Positions 40,850-54,649 are shown, numbered from the whole stretch's first letter. The stretch: DNA of 63,909 nucleotides, filler included, from Octopus bimaculoides (GCF_001194135.2; 4 parts of 4 records of this genome joined end to end with filler, not necessarily neighbours in it); one strand, 5' to 3'. Made by a program: numbers and translations. Notes: generated from the letters alone by a model not told the origin.

Positions 40850-41381
40850 ATACATGCATACGTACATACATATATGCAAGTGGAATGAAAACGAGCTAAG
40901 AGAAATGATACAATGTGGCCAGTAGCTTATATTATTTGAATGACAAAAATGAACATGGATATATTATATAATGTGCCAGATAAATTCTTGAATTAATGAA
41001 ATCACCTCCCTTGTCAAAGGGATAGGACAAATCATATGTTAGCAATTGGTACCGACTTCAGACAATTAAAGGAATTAACGTCAATATATAAATGTATGTT
41101 TGTGAAAGCAAACATATACACATGCTAACAGTTCTATGTATATATGCTTATTTATGTATATATATATATTTATTAACACAAACATGCATACATATGTATG
41201 TATGTATAATATATATATATATATGTATGTATGTATGTGTGAATAAATGGTCATAAGCACATGCTTAATCGTATATGTAGGTGTGTGTATGTTGTCTGTA
41301 TATATATGTTTCAGTTGTTGGGCTCATAATGTCTGGTTATAAATTTGATATCTTATGTTTTTTACCTGTGACTGCATCCTG

Positions 41382-41425
<44 letters not shown>

Positions 41426-41675
41426 AATAATCACTACTGTTATGATAGCCATCAACACCATCACCAGCATTTACTAAATATAAGTCAATATTTTTTTTTA
41501 CTTACGCTTAAAATGAAAAAATAAATTAACAAACTGAAAACAAAAAATAATTAAATGAAATAAAATTGAACAAAATGTATAGAAATTAATATCACGATTT
41601 TTGGAAGATACCAAATGTCTTGCTATGTTTTCACTGATATATATATATATATAAATGTGTATGTGTGTGTGTGTG

Positions 41676-41744
<69 letters not shown>

Positions 41745-42064
41745 CTATAGTGTGTGTATGAATGAATATATTTGTTTGTATATGATACACATATGTATAT
41801 ATATGTATGTATATGTATGTATATATAATATGTATGTATATGTATGTATATATAATATGCATATATTATGAATATGTATGTATATATTTATACTTATATA
41901 TATATATGATGTATATCTGTATATGTATGTATTTATAGATGTTTGGCTGTATATATGCACATACAAACACACACAAACACATTCTTGTTGGGTTTACCGA
42001 ATATTATTGCTAACGTGGTGGTGTTTACTGTTTCCTTTCTTTCTTCCTTCCTTCCTTTTCTTTC

Positions 42065-42095
<31 letters not shown>

Positions 42096-42551
42096 GTCGG
42101 ATCCATGAAAAAAAAAAATTAGAAAAAAACCTAACTAACCCACGGACATTTTATAAATTGGCTTTAAAAAATAATGACTTTGTGATGAAATTTTGAAATT
42201 GTCTTTGAAAGTATTGAGATATATATAGGAGAAATTTTTTCTATTAAAAAAAAACAACAAAAAATATATAAACAAGCAAAATATATAATATAAAGCAATC
42301 TTCCCCTGTCCCCCTCTCCCCTTCCTTTGCTGTGTATGAGTGAATTGAAAGTAGTGTTTGTGTGTGCATAGATATATATATGTATGTATTTGTGTATTTA
42401 AGTTGGCATTTGTATATGCCACTTGATATGTATACATATGTTCATATATGTATGTATAAGTTTAGTAATAATGAATATAGTTGCATATGTAAACACGTAT
42501 ATATATNNNNNNNNNNNNNATGTATATATAAGTATGTATGTATATATATGC

Positions 42552-42583
<32 letters not shown>

Positions 42584-43114
42584 GTGTGTGTATATGTATA
42601 TATATTTATGTATGTGTGTGTATATGTATATATATTTATGTATATGTATGTATATGTATATATATATGTGTACATACATGTATATATACATATACGCGCA
42701 CACACACACATATATACGAACACACACACATATGCACATATATGCATCATGTGTATGTATATGCACACATGCACACAGTAAACAATAGCAGTTAAGGAGG
42801 ACTCAATACTCGGTGTTGAGCAAGATAAATATTTTAAATAAAGTTAGAAAACTTGCTACAAGATTAACTCCCTGCAGTTTCATGTGGTAAATTATGAAAT
42901 TCAAAATAACGACTACTTACCAAGCTATTTCTTACATAATTTCAGATGTTCTGGAATAACGAGTGAGGTTAACAAGTAATAAGGTGGGACAAATAGTGAA
43001 GAACGTGAGAATTTGCCTAGTTTACTGTATCATGAGATGCAAGGTCCCAGAATATGAATTTATTATAACATTAAGATATAAGATATATAAATATAATAAA
43101 ATACTAAAAATAAG

Positions 43115-43151
<37 letters not shown>

Positions 43152-43480
43152 CACATGCATATGTGGATGCTTGTGCATGTACATATCTGTGTGTGTGTGT
43201 GTTTATCTGTCTTAATTTGTATAAATTGAAACCACCAATATATTGGGGTGTTCAATTCTGCTGCTAGTACCACATAGTACTAAACATATTAAATAGGGTT
43301 TAAATATATTATTCTGCTGCATATTGTGGTATCTTTCTACTACTGCTGGGTTATGGCCAACCAACCAATTAATGATGCAAAGTTTCATCTTTGCTTACAG
43401 AGATTTTTTTTTTTTTCTGAAAAGATCTCTATGGAATCCCTCCTGGGTTGAACAGTTCCTGTCAACATGTCACTATTCAC

Positions 43481-43514
<34 letters not shown>

Positions 43515-43547
43515 AATTATTATTATTACTAATATTAGTATCATTGT

Positions 43548-44012
43548 AGGCGGCGAGCTGGCAGAATCGTTAGCATGCCAGGCAATAATGCTTAGCAGCA
43601 TTTTGTCTGTCTTTATGTTCTGAGTTCAAATTCCGCTGAGGCCGACTTTGCCTTTCACTCTTTTCAGGGTTGACAAAATAAGTACCAGCTGAGCGCTGGG
43701 GATCGATGTAATCGACTTGGCCCCTCCTTTGAAGCTGTTGGCCTTGTGCCAAAATTTGAAGCCAATATTATTATTATTATTATTATTATCATTATTCAAG
43801 GCAGCGAGCCAACAGAACCATTTGCATGCCAATCAAAATGCTTTGCAGCATTTCATCCAATTTTGCATCCTGAGTTCAAATTCTGCCAAGGTCAACTTAG
43901 CCTTTCATCCCTTCAGGGTCGATAAAATAAGTACCAGTCGAGCACTGGGGGTTGATGTAATCAACTTATCCCCTTCCCTGAAATTGCTGGCCTTGCGCCA
44001 AACTTTGAAACC

Positions 44013-44013
<1 letters not shown>
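43548..44013 (+). mobile_element. Two head-to-tail SINE family A copies separated by (ATT)n
   Basis: Copies start at 43548 and 43798. Each ends ...tttgaa(g/a)cca(a/g)tattattatt. Confidence 0.85.
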
Positions 44014-44057
<44 letters not shown>

Positions 44058-44846
44058 GAAATTTTTGTTGTTTTTTTTGTTTTCTTTTTGTTTTTTGCTA
44101 TGTCTGTGTGTCACAGAAATAAGGGGGGGTTAGAGGAATGGTTATGTCACTCTATCCCCCCTGCCTAATATCTTCTGTTATTCAACTTTATAAAATTGGA
44201 ATTACTTTGTTGACAATAACCACTGTATCTTACATGCTGACTGAGTTACTTTGTTTCACTGAGTAGGAATATATATATGTGTGTGTGTATATATATATAT
44301 GTATGTATATAAATACATATATATATATAAATACATATAAATATATATGTATGTATGTATATAAATACATATATATATATATAAATACATATAAATATAT
44401 ATGTATGTATGTATATAAATACATATATNNNNNNNNNNNNNNNNNNNNNNNNNNNNNNNNNNNNNNNNNNNNNNNNNNNNNNNNNNNNNNNNNNNNNNNN
44501 NNNNNNNNNNNNNNNNNNNNNNNNNNNNNNNNNNNNNNNNNNNNNNNNNNNNNNNNNNNNNNNNNNNNNNNNNNNNNNNNNNNNNNNNNNNNNNNNNNNN
44601 NNNNNNNNNNNNNNNNNNNNNNNNNNNNNNNNNNNNNNNNNNNNNNNNNNNNNNNNNNNNNNNNNNNNNNNNNNNNNNNNNNNNNNNNNNNNNNNNNNNN
44701 NNNNNNNNNNNNNNNNNNNNNNNNNNNNNNNNNNNNNNNNNNNNNNNNNNNNNNNNNNATACATGCTCATAAAACATGTGTAACAATAAGAAAAAAAACA
44801 GACCTCCGTGTCATTGAATTAGAGGACTATTTGTTCCATGCTTTAT

Positions 44847-44877
<31 letters not shown>

Positions 44878-46967
44878 GTATGTAAATATATATAGATATA
44901 TATATATATATATATATCTATGTATAAAACACATTCATACACATTTGTTCCTGCTCATGTATATTATATATAAATAATTTGTATAATTGTTCATACATAC
45001 AATCACTGTTTCTAACATGCTGTTCCATGTACAATGATGATGTTGATTTCAAAGTTGTTTTTGGTTTCATGTGTTTCTGATAAAGTTTTTCAAGTTGTTT
45101 TTTTTTTCTTTTTTTTTTTTTTTTTTTTTTNNNNNNNNNNNNNNNNNNNNNNNNNNNNNNNNNNNNNNNNNNNNNNNNNNNNNNNNNNNNNNNNNNNNNN
45201 NNNNNNNNNNNNNNNNNNNNNNNNNNNNNNNNNNNNNNNNNNNNNNNNNNNNNNNNNNNNNNNNNNNNNNNNNNNNNNNNNNNNNNNNNNNNNNNNNNNN
45301 NNNNNNNNNNNNNNNNNNNNNNNNNNNNNNNNNNNNNNNNNNNNNNNNNNNNNNNNNNNNNNNNNNNNNNNNNNNNNNNNNNNNNNNNNNNNNNNNNNNN
45401 NNNNNNNNNNNNNNNNNNNNNNNNNNNNNNNNNNNNNNNNNNNNNNNNNNNNNNNNNNNNNNNNNNNNNNNNNNNNNNNNNNNNNNNNNNNNNNNNNNNN
45501 NNNNNNNNNNNNNNNNNNNNNNNNNNNNNNNNNNNNNNNNNNNNNNNNNNNNNNNNNNNNNNNNNNNNNNNNNNNNNNNNNNNNNNNNNNNNNAAAATAC
45601 ACCTAATTATTATGTCTCCTCCTTGCTGCTGATGTTTTTGTATTGTCTCACCTTCCAAGACACACCTGACCTTTATTTTATTTTTATTTTATTTCCTTAT
45701 TTTTTTTATGTTTATAAATTTTGTTTATCTACTTTCAAAATGTTTTTTTTTCTTTTTATTTCTGTGATCTGGTTTTGATTGACCTTATTTCTTCAGTTCA
45801 GTTGGTGTACAAACCAGTCTTTGGATTTGTTTGGTAAATACAATATTGAATAAAGGTGCTCTGAAGTACAACATCTCACCAAAGATCGGGCTCAATAGAG
45901 GGTTCCACACTCCACTCCAATATCCAGTCTAGTACAGTGCGGGATATCAGCCTCAGGATAGGCTAGTGTGCGGAATACAAGTCAAGTACATATATATATA
46001 GATATATATATATATATATATATATGCCTTGGAATAGCAGAGTGCTCCTTTAATAATTGACTGAAATATAATTAATTATTCTTTGGTCAATTAAAAGGTG
46101 TAACTATCACACTGCTATTTGAACACTTTGCTAGCCAGGTTCCTGCATGAAGTGCTACTGGTGTGATCACTTGGATTTTACCTATTCTCTCAATTTTTAC
46201 ACACATACATACATACATACATATTAATGTACTTCTTTAAAATATATCATGTTCACTTTGAGCACATTACCAGTAAGTATGTGTGAGTGTGAATGTGTTT
46301 GAATCCAAGTTATTTTAATCCTTTCAACATTTTATATTTTTAACGAGTAAACTGCTGTCTCCATGTTTGAATTTAATATTTCAATATAATCAAGATTTTT
46401 TATGGGTTTAGTAAAATACGATACATATTATCTGGTATATGCAACTAAGGCAGTGTTTAATTAAAATATCCATCTATGTATCATAATAAATGCATAGCCA
46501 CTGTCAGTAGACCAGTTCATGCAAATGCCTCAGTAACTGGCCTATCAATGGTGTATATACATTATCTATGATATATATATATCTATGGTTATATAATATT
46601 ATCTTAGTGTCAACCAGCTGCAGTCTAATGTCATCTTCCATTTTATAACATGATTTTGATATAAAAATTTCCATCTAAATACAAACACATTGATACTGGC
46701 TACATCAGGTAGGCTAGCATTAGCAGGGTTTATTATTCTTTGAAGTTGTATTAATTGCTATTGTTACGTTTGTATGAAGGATGACAATATATAAACTGGT
46801 TTGATAAAACTATATTTGGCTGAATAGCAGACATAATGCAAAGTAGACATGAAGTATAACTGTATTCCAAATATAACTTTTACCATTTTGTTGATAACAA
46901 GTATATCATATTGCTGATGAGTCAAATTATTTCCTAAATTTTTTTAAGCAAATGTTAATTTTTATTA

Positions 46968-47237
46968 TTACGGAGATGTACTTACATAGCAAGTGACCTG
47001 ATCTGAGATTGTGTGCTGGAACGAAAAGAATTGCAGCGTGGAAGGTGTTTATAAACCATTTAAAATAACCACACAAAGGCCGTTAGATTCACTTCAGCAC
47101 GGAATTTTGTCAGTGAACAGGTCGCGGTCTCAAAGCACCGAAATTATTTTGGCAAATTAAATTTAAATGTTGAAGTGAATCTAACGGTTTTTGTGTGTTA
47201 TTTTAAATGGCTTATAAACACCTTACACACTGCAATT
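46968..47237. mobile_element. Family F fold-back copy: antisense 3' part (46968-47096) joined to a sense 5' part carrying a degenerate G3-C8 hammerhead (47106-47156)
   Basis: Both arms align to 11841-12046 in opposite orientations. Confidence 0.8.
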
Positions 47238-48179
47238 ATTTAATTTTCATTGTTCAAAACTTAAGATCGAGTGTGTGTGCGTGCATGTGTGCAATTCTTA
47301 TATAAATCAAACATTATTTCCTTATTCCATTTTAAATTCTAATGAAACGTTTCTTGCAAAATTGGGAATATTGCAAATTGGGAATTTTTTTTTTTTTTTT
47401 TTTCTAAGGAGGAAGGGCAATGTGTTGTGACTATGACCCTTTCCAGGGTCTCCATGACTAGTGAAAAGTAAAGTAAAAAGAGGAAGTTATCATCAGACCA
47501 CAGTTCTGGCTTGAATACTTTCTACAATGTGTATTCCACAGACGACACCCCAGGACCAGGTGATAGTATTGAATTGGGTAACAGCTTAAGTACAGCGAAG
47601 GAACATAGTGTCCTGATGGTTAGGGTGTTGCATTCGTGGCCATAAGATCAGAGTTTTGATCCCTAGACCATGTGGTGCATTGGGTTTTTGAAAAAAAAAA
47701 AAAAAAAGCACTTCATTCTAGTTTTCTTCCATATAAATGAGTTCCAACAATATATGGGCAATTAACTCTGCAATGGCCTTGCAGGGGGTGAAGTGGGGTG
47801 GGAGTTGCTTGTGATCTTAGTCACTTACATGCCATGGGAACTGGATTCTCCCATTTTACGAGTTACATGGCTAGTGTATGATTAACTGTAGCATATAACA
47901 GGGTACTGTCCTTGATTCTCAAGGCTTTGGGCTGACCCAAGACTATGATAAAAAAAACAAAAAAAAACAAAAAAAAAACACCCAGGTTATTGCACTGTAG
48001 GATTGAACCCAAAACAACGTATCTGAAAAAATGCAAACTTGTTAACCATACAGCATTGCCTGTGGTCAAGGATTAGTCTATTCAGTGAGCTGTTATGTGT
48101 AATCATTAGCTATGACATTCTGATGTATTGATGCCACCCCTCCCCTCTCTTGCTCACTGTCACTTCAACAGTATATGTA

Positions 48180-48214
<35 letters not shown>

Positions 48215-48224
48215 NNNNNNNNNN

Positions 48225-48265
<41 letters not shown>

Positions 48266-48634
48266 CGAAGCTGGGTTACTTCTTATCTGGTCGGATGGTG
48301 ATTGTAAATGTCACGGCATTCTGTTTCTCTTGTGCTTTGTTTACCACAAGAGTTTCTATCGATGGATGAGATATTGAGTTTGGTATTTGAAATCATCGAA
48401 TCAGGGGATGCTGCTGTAGAACGTCTGTTATTGTCATCTGCCTAAGACATTCAGTTTCAGTTCCATTTGTAAACTGAAGAGAGAGAGGCAGACAGTTTAT
48501 TGATCTAGAAGGACAAAAGCAATAATGATAAAGGGTCGATTAAGTCCAATACAATTTTTGTTCCCCCGCTCCAAATAATACAAATTTGTACTAATTCTAG
48601 ACGCCATCATCATCATTATTAGTTGTAGTAATTA

Positions 48635-50235
48635 GCCATCGAGCTGGCAGAATCATTGAAATCAATTTATCATTGAAATCAATTTATCCTCTCCTCTAAA
48701 ATTTCAGACCTTGTGTCAAAATTAGAAAGTATTATATAATTCCGCTTGTCACTTCCATTGTAATTTATTATCAAGGTAATTAAGACGACTGATTGGCATA
48801 ATCATTAGCACGAGAGACACGGTGCTCAACCGAATTTCCTCTTGCTTTTTTTTCGTTAAGGTTGCCTTTGCCTTTCATCTTTACAGGGTCAATAAAATGG
48901 GGGTTGATGTAATTGACTAATCCTCTCCCACAAAATTTCAGGCCTTGTGACCCTAATAGCATAAAAAGGTGGCAGAATTGTTAGCATATCAGATAAAATG
49001 CTTAGTGACATTTCTTCAGCTTTATGTTTTGAGTTCAAATTCTACCAAGGTTGACTTTACCTCTTTTCCTTTTGGGATCAATAAAATAAGTACCAGTTGA
49101 GCACCTGGAGTGAGTGTCATTAACTTGCCCCTTCCCCAAATATTTCAGACCTTATGCCTATAACAGACAGTATTATTATTATTATTATTAATATTATTTA
49201 GCAGCGATTCCACTAATTATAATTACTATACTAAAGAGGAGTGATAAGTCACCTGGTCTATTGCTGCTGGCCCTTTTTTTTTTTTTTGAAGGATTCGGTT
49301 AGTTGTAAAGACATTTGGATATTTGTCTTACTGTCCATGAGTGTGTTTGAGCCCTCTCTACCCCCATTCCCCACTATTTACTGCATTTTTTATTTTTTAT
49401 GATAACACACCCATTACTTCAGTCACCTTCTAACCAATTGAACTGGCTTATTTTTCATTTTATTTTATTCATTTTTTGGTTTTTGTTTTCCTCTACCTCC
49501 ACCCCGTTATTTCTTTATTCTTCTACTCCTCTGTTCTTCGTATTCTATCTTTGACTTCATGTGTCTCTTTGTTTTGTTCTTCTGTTGTCTTGTCTTCTTC
49601 TTCACCGCTTCAAGACACCAACACATCTTTTTACAATCAGTGTTCGATTGCTGAATGCTGTTCCCAAGGGTTTATTAATCTGCAACCAAATCACACAACA
49701 CACCACTCTCACCACCCCACCTCCCAACTTTGTTGTTGTTGTTGTTGTTAATATTAAGTTCTAATATTGTTAATCTTCAATTTATAGACTTTATCATCTT
49801 TATTATTATTATTATCATTCTTATTAATCTTTACATTCTGAGTTCAAATTCCGCCAAGGTCAACTTTGCTTGTCATCCTTTTGTGGGTTGATAAAATAAA
49901 GTACCAGTTGAGCACTGGGGTTGATGTAATTAACTAGCTCCCCCCCTCAAAATTTCAGGCCTTGTGCCTATAGTAGAAAGGATTATTATTATTATTATTA
50001 TTATTAAGGCAGTCAGCTGGCAGAATTGTTAGCATGCTAGGCAAAATGCTTAGCAGCTTCACNNNNNNNNNNAAATGCTTAGCAGCTTCACGTTCTGAGT
50101 TCAAATTCTGCCAGGGTCAACTTTGCCTTTCATCCTTTCAGGGTCGATGAAATAAGTACCAGTTAAATACTGGGGTCGATGTAATCAACTCATCTCCACC
50201 TCCAAAATGCTGCCCTTGTGGCAAAATTTGAAGCT
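48635..50235 (+). mobile_element. Cluster of about five same-orientation, CpG-decayed SINE family A copies (about 48635, 48785, 48963, 49825, 50006)
   Basis: Repeated ctggcagaat...tgagttcaaatt...gataaaataagtaccag blocks. Confidence 0.8.
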
Positions 50236-50695
50236 ATTATTATTAGTACCATTATTAATTTAACAATAATTTTTGTCTATATTTTTTTTCGTGTTGAATA
50301 TTTATTAATTGTTAGAATTTCATTTTTTTGTCCCTTTTGACTATATTTATCCCCTCCTCCTCCTCATATATACACACACATACACTACACTCTCCTCCTG
50401 CCACCACCACACAATACACCACCCTTATATATATATATTTTTTTTTTTACTTTGTCTTATTTCTCTCCCTCCTGGAAACCTTAATAATTGTTGTCTAACA
50501 GTTGTATTTTTTTATGAGACACGTTTTTAAAATTACAAAATAAAAAAATAAAAAACAGAAAAAAACCAAAAGCGACATGTTTACCACGGCTTATTCTTGC
50601 TATTGGTGTGCTGGGAAAATGAAGGACGGAGTACGTGTTCATTCTTTTGTGACGTATGCGCACTCACTCGCACAAACACACTGAGCAAACACCCA

Positions 50696-50763
<68 letters not shown>

Positions 50764-51110
50764 CATCATGGGATGTGTGGCATATTTTATTATGGTTGAA
50801 AATTTTGATATAGTGTTGTTTATGAAATCCTGGAAAGGTTCACATTAAGAAATGATATATTAAAGGTAGGTGGAGACTACATGAGAGATGTTTGGTAACC
50901 CTGTATTAATGCAAAGCTTAAAGCAATGTAATTGATGTTGAATATTTGCAGCTCAATAGCAAAGTTGTAAAAGTAAAAAAAAAAAAATTTTTTTGTAATA
51001 AAGATAATCAATCCAGCTTCCTATGCTACAATATATATGTACACACACACACACATATATATATATTGTCTATATATATATATATATATATATTGTCTAT
51101 ATATATATAT

Positions 51111-51153
<43 letters not shown>

Positions 51154-51253
51154 NNNNNNNNNNNNNNNNNNNNNNNNNNNNNNNNNNNNNNNNNNNNTTA
51201 ATTAATTAANNNNNNNNNNNNNNNNNNNNNNNNNNNNNNNNNNNNNNNNNNNN
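51154..51253. other. Artificial scaffold join (44 N + TTAATTAATTAA + 44 N)
   Basis: Same 100-bp layout. Linker at 51198-51209. Confidence 0.9.
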
Positions 51254-51478
51254 ATATATATATATATATACTGATGTTGTTACACAGTGAGACATAATTA
51301 TAGTTAAAGGAAGTTCCTGAAAGGGAATTAACAGATATTAATGTCAGATATTAATTAACAGATATTAATTGTACAAATGTTTCCAAATACACAGTCTTCA
51401 ATGATATGAAAGTATTATACTAATAGAAATGTTAGATCTAATTGTAATGAAGGAAAGTTCCGTTGAGAGATAGTGCTA

Positions 51479-51509
<31 letters not shown>

Positions 51510-51534
51510 CAATAATGATGATGAGGATGATAAT

Positions 51535-51925
51535 TGTTTCAAATTTTGCCACAAGGGCAGCAATTTGACAAGAGAGGATTAGTCGATTCATCGACCCCAG
51601 TGTTCAACTGGTACATAATTTATCAACCCCAAAAGGATGAAAGGCAAAGTCAACCTTGGTGAATTTGAACTCAGAACATAAAGACAAACAAAATACCACT
51701 AAGCATTTTGCTTGGCATGCTAATGATTCTGCCAGCTCACTGCCTTTTGAAGGAAAGGAATTAGTCAATAACATTGACCCCAGTATTTGACTGGTACTTT
51801 ATTTTATTGTTCTTGAAAAATGAAAAGCAAAGATTTAAACTCAGCAGGATTTGAACTCAGGACATAAAGCCAGCAGGGAATGCCACTAAGCATTTTGTCC
51901 ACTGTGCCAACAATTATACTAGCCT

Positions 51926-51975
<50 letters not shown>

Positions 51976-52420
51976 TAATAATAAAGCCTGAAATTTTGGT
52001 GGAGAGGACTAGTTGATTGCATTGACCTCAGTGTTTGACTGGTACTTAATTTATTGACCCTGAAAGGATGAAAGATAAAGTCAACCTTGGTGGAATTTGA
52101 ACTCAAAACATGAAGGCAGACGAAATGCTGTTAACCATTTCGTCTGACATGCTAAGTTCTGCCAGCTTGCCACCTTAACAATAACAATAATAATAATAAT
52201 AATAATCATAATAAAATAACAATAATAATAATAATAATAATATTAATAATTCTTTCTAACAAATTTTGGCACAAGGCCAGCAACTTTGGAGTAAGAGTTA
52301 GTTGATCTCATCAGCCCTAGTACTTGATTGGTACTTTATTTTATTGACCACCCAACAAAAGGATAAAAATGTAAAGTTGTGCTTGATGAGAATTGAACTC
52401 AGCACATAAAGAAGATTTTT
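51535..52420 (-). mobile_element. Train of four minus-strand SINE family A copies, partly separated by (TAA)n
   Basis: Copies at about 51535-51748, 51760-51930, 51985-52178 and 52260-52420. Confidence 0.85.
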
Positions 52421-52803
52421 TAATTTCCTTGAACCATTTTACTTGTCTTCTGTATATTTCAAAACCTTAATCCACTTATTAGCAATAAAGTACTTAAATT
52501 GTATAATCAACTACATTTCTCCCAGACTAAGATTATCACAGTAGATCTGAAGATTGTCTTGGATTCTTCAGCAACAAAATGTGATGAACAACAAACAACA
52601 AACAATTAGTGTTTTCTCACTCTCACTCTTTCTCTACTCAGTATATATGCATATGTGTATGTGTGTGTGCATGTGTGTCTGTACGTATCTGTATGTCTTT
52701 CTCTCTCTCTCTATGTCTCTCTCTCCTTTCTCTCCCCTTTCTCTCCCCTCTCTCTCTCCCCTCTCTCTCTCATTCTCCCTCACTGTCTACTCAGTATATA
52801 TGC

Positions 52804-52835
<32 letters not shown>

Positions 52836-53097
52836 CTGTACGTATCTGTATGTCTTTCTCTTTCTCTCTCTCTATGTTTCTATGTATCTATCTCTCTATC
52901 TTTCTGTCTATCTCTCTCTATCTACCTATCTATCGCCTTCCCCATCAACCCCCTTTGCCCTTCCCCACCCTACTCATTCACCCCCCTCTCTGTCCCTCAT
53001 CTACCTCCCACCTCCTTCCATCCATCTATCCATCCATCTATCTATCAATCAATCAATCAATCAATCACTGACTTCTCTTTTTCCTCTCTCTGTACAG

Positions 53098-53218
53098 GTC
53101 TATGAACAGCGACGTGAAAGAGTGCTTGAACTTTTAAACAAACAAGAAGAACTCAAACAGGAGTTGACCTCAGCTAAGGACCGTCTCATGATTGAACAAG
53201 CATCTTGGAACTTTGACT
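53098..53218 (+). CDS. Internal coding exon (121 nt, phase 0 to 1) of an unidentified gene; coiled-coil VYEQRRERVLELLNKQEELKQELTSAKDRLMIEQASWNFD
   Basis: Long polypyrimidine tract plus tacAG acceptor, GTAAGT donor at 53219, an open frame and heptad-like non-repetitive peptide. Confidence 0.8.
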
Positions 53219-53985
53219 GTAAGTCTCTCCTGTGTTTTACATGCCGAAGGGCCAGAAAGACAGAGCTTTGAAAAATCCTCCACCATCTTTTCCTGCAGGA
53301 GGAGAAGCTTAACAAAGGCATGCATTTTATTTCTCTATTAATAAATTTAACTGTTAAAAGCCTAACCATCGTTCTAACCTTAAAACCTTAATATATAAAC
53401 TTGAATTGTAATTTTAAAACCATAACTTATAAATATTTCTTCTAACTCTCACTGTTAAGCTTAAACTCTAACCCTAACCCTAACACTAATCTTAACAGTA
53501 AACATCATCCCTGACCCTTTATTTTATTTTACATTAACAATCCTAAACATTGTTTTAATGTAGGGATGCATTAGGCAGTTGAAAGGGATGGAGGGGCCAC
53601 AGGCCTAAGGGCTTAATGCTAATCTCTATGTGCTGTGGTTTACCATCAAATAAATAAATGAATACTTCATATGGTTCCAGTGCATTGCATGCCCCAGGGA
53701 CCCTACAAGGTTGTTACGCTGACCTCTGCCTGTTGTCAAATTAAGTATTCATTCCATCTCTTTACATTTTGAATTTGAGTTCTGCCAAGTTCAACTTTGA
53801 TTTTCTTCCTTCCATGGTCAATAAAATTATGTTACCGGCAGTTGGTACCATCTTAAGGCATGGACACACTGGGTTTTGAGTTCAATCCTGCTTTGCAGCA
53901 CTTTGAACAAGTATCTTATGCACCCAAGATCAGCCAAAGCCTTGTAAGAGAGTTTGGCCACTGGAATCTGAAAAGAAGCTTCTTG

Positions 53986-54027
<42 letters not shown>

Positions 54028-54295
54028 ACATACCAGCTGCTGATATTAAATAAAGTGTTAAATACTTAATGATATGCAAATAAGTAGCCCCAATCCTTGA
54101 AGCTGCTAGACTTGTTGGATATGGCTGCTTGTTTCTCTGAAATTGCTCAAATTGATGTAGATGCCTCTCACAACAACCCAATAAGATTTGAAAATCAATT
54201 AAGGATGTCCGTCATTTTCTCAGTCTACAGAGAAATAGCTAAATTAGCCTTGTTTATAATTCTACAATATAGGTTACACATATATACATACATAA

Positions 54296-54350
<55 letters not shown>

Positions 54351-54450
54351 NNNNNNNNNNNNNNNNNNNNNNNNNNNNNNNNNNNNNNNNNNNNTTAATT
54401 AATTAANNNNNNNNNNNNNNNNNNNNNNNNNNNNNNNNNNNNNNNNNNNN
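54351..54450. other. Artificial scaffold join (44 N + TTAATTAATTAA + 44 N)
   Basis: Same 100-bp layout. Linker at 54395-54406. Confidence 0.9.
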
Positions 54451-54589
54451 CATAAAACGCTTAGCTTTACGGCGTTTCTTCAGACCTCTAAAGGCTGGTG
54501 GCCTCTGATCTCTCTTCCCTATGACACGCGTAAGAGAAGTCATTGACCAACGGCCATTAGGGTCCGAAGACCAGCCATAGGTATCTTTA

Positions 54590-54632
<43 letters not shown>

Positions 54633-54649
54633 TGCGGCACCTGTGTGTA

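Noticed and set aside
50043-50091. 19-bp direct repeat flanking a 10-N gap (similar atgtaat overlap at 38448-38517)
   Set aside because: Typical unmerged contig overlap artefact.
52631-52878. About 155-bp tandem duplication upstream of the exon
   Set aside because: Ordinary slippage-type duplication in microsatellite-rich intron sequence.
53350-53520. Telomere-like taaccc repeats
   Set aside because: Only two perfect units in a degenerate tract. Not a telomere, and the origin is unclear.
54451-54490. CTGAAGA plus hairpin (aacgc/gcgtt) on the minus strand
   Set aside because: No GAAA follows stem II.
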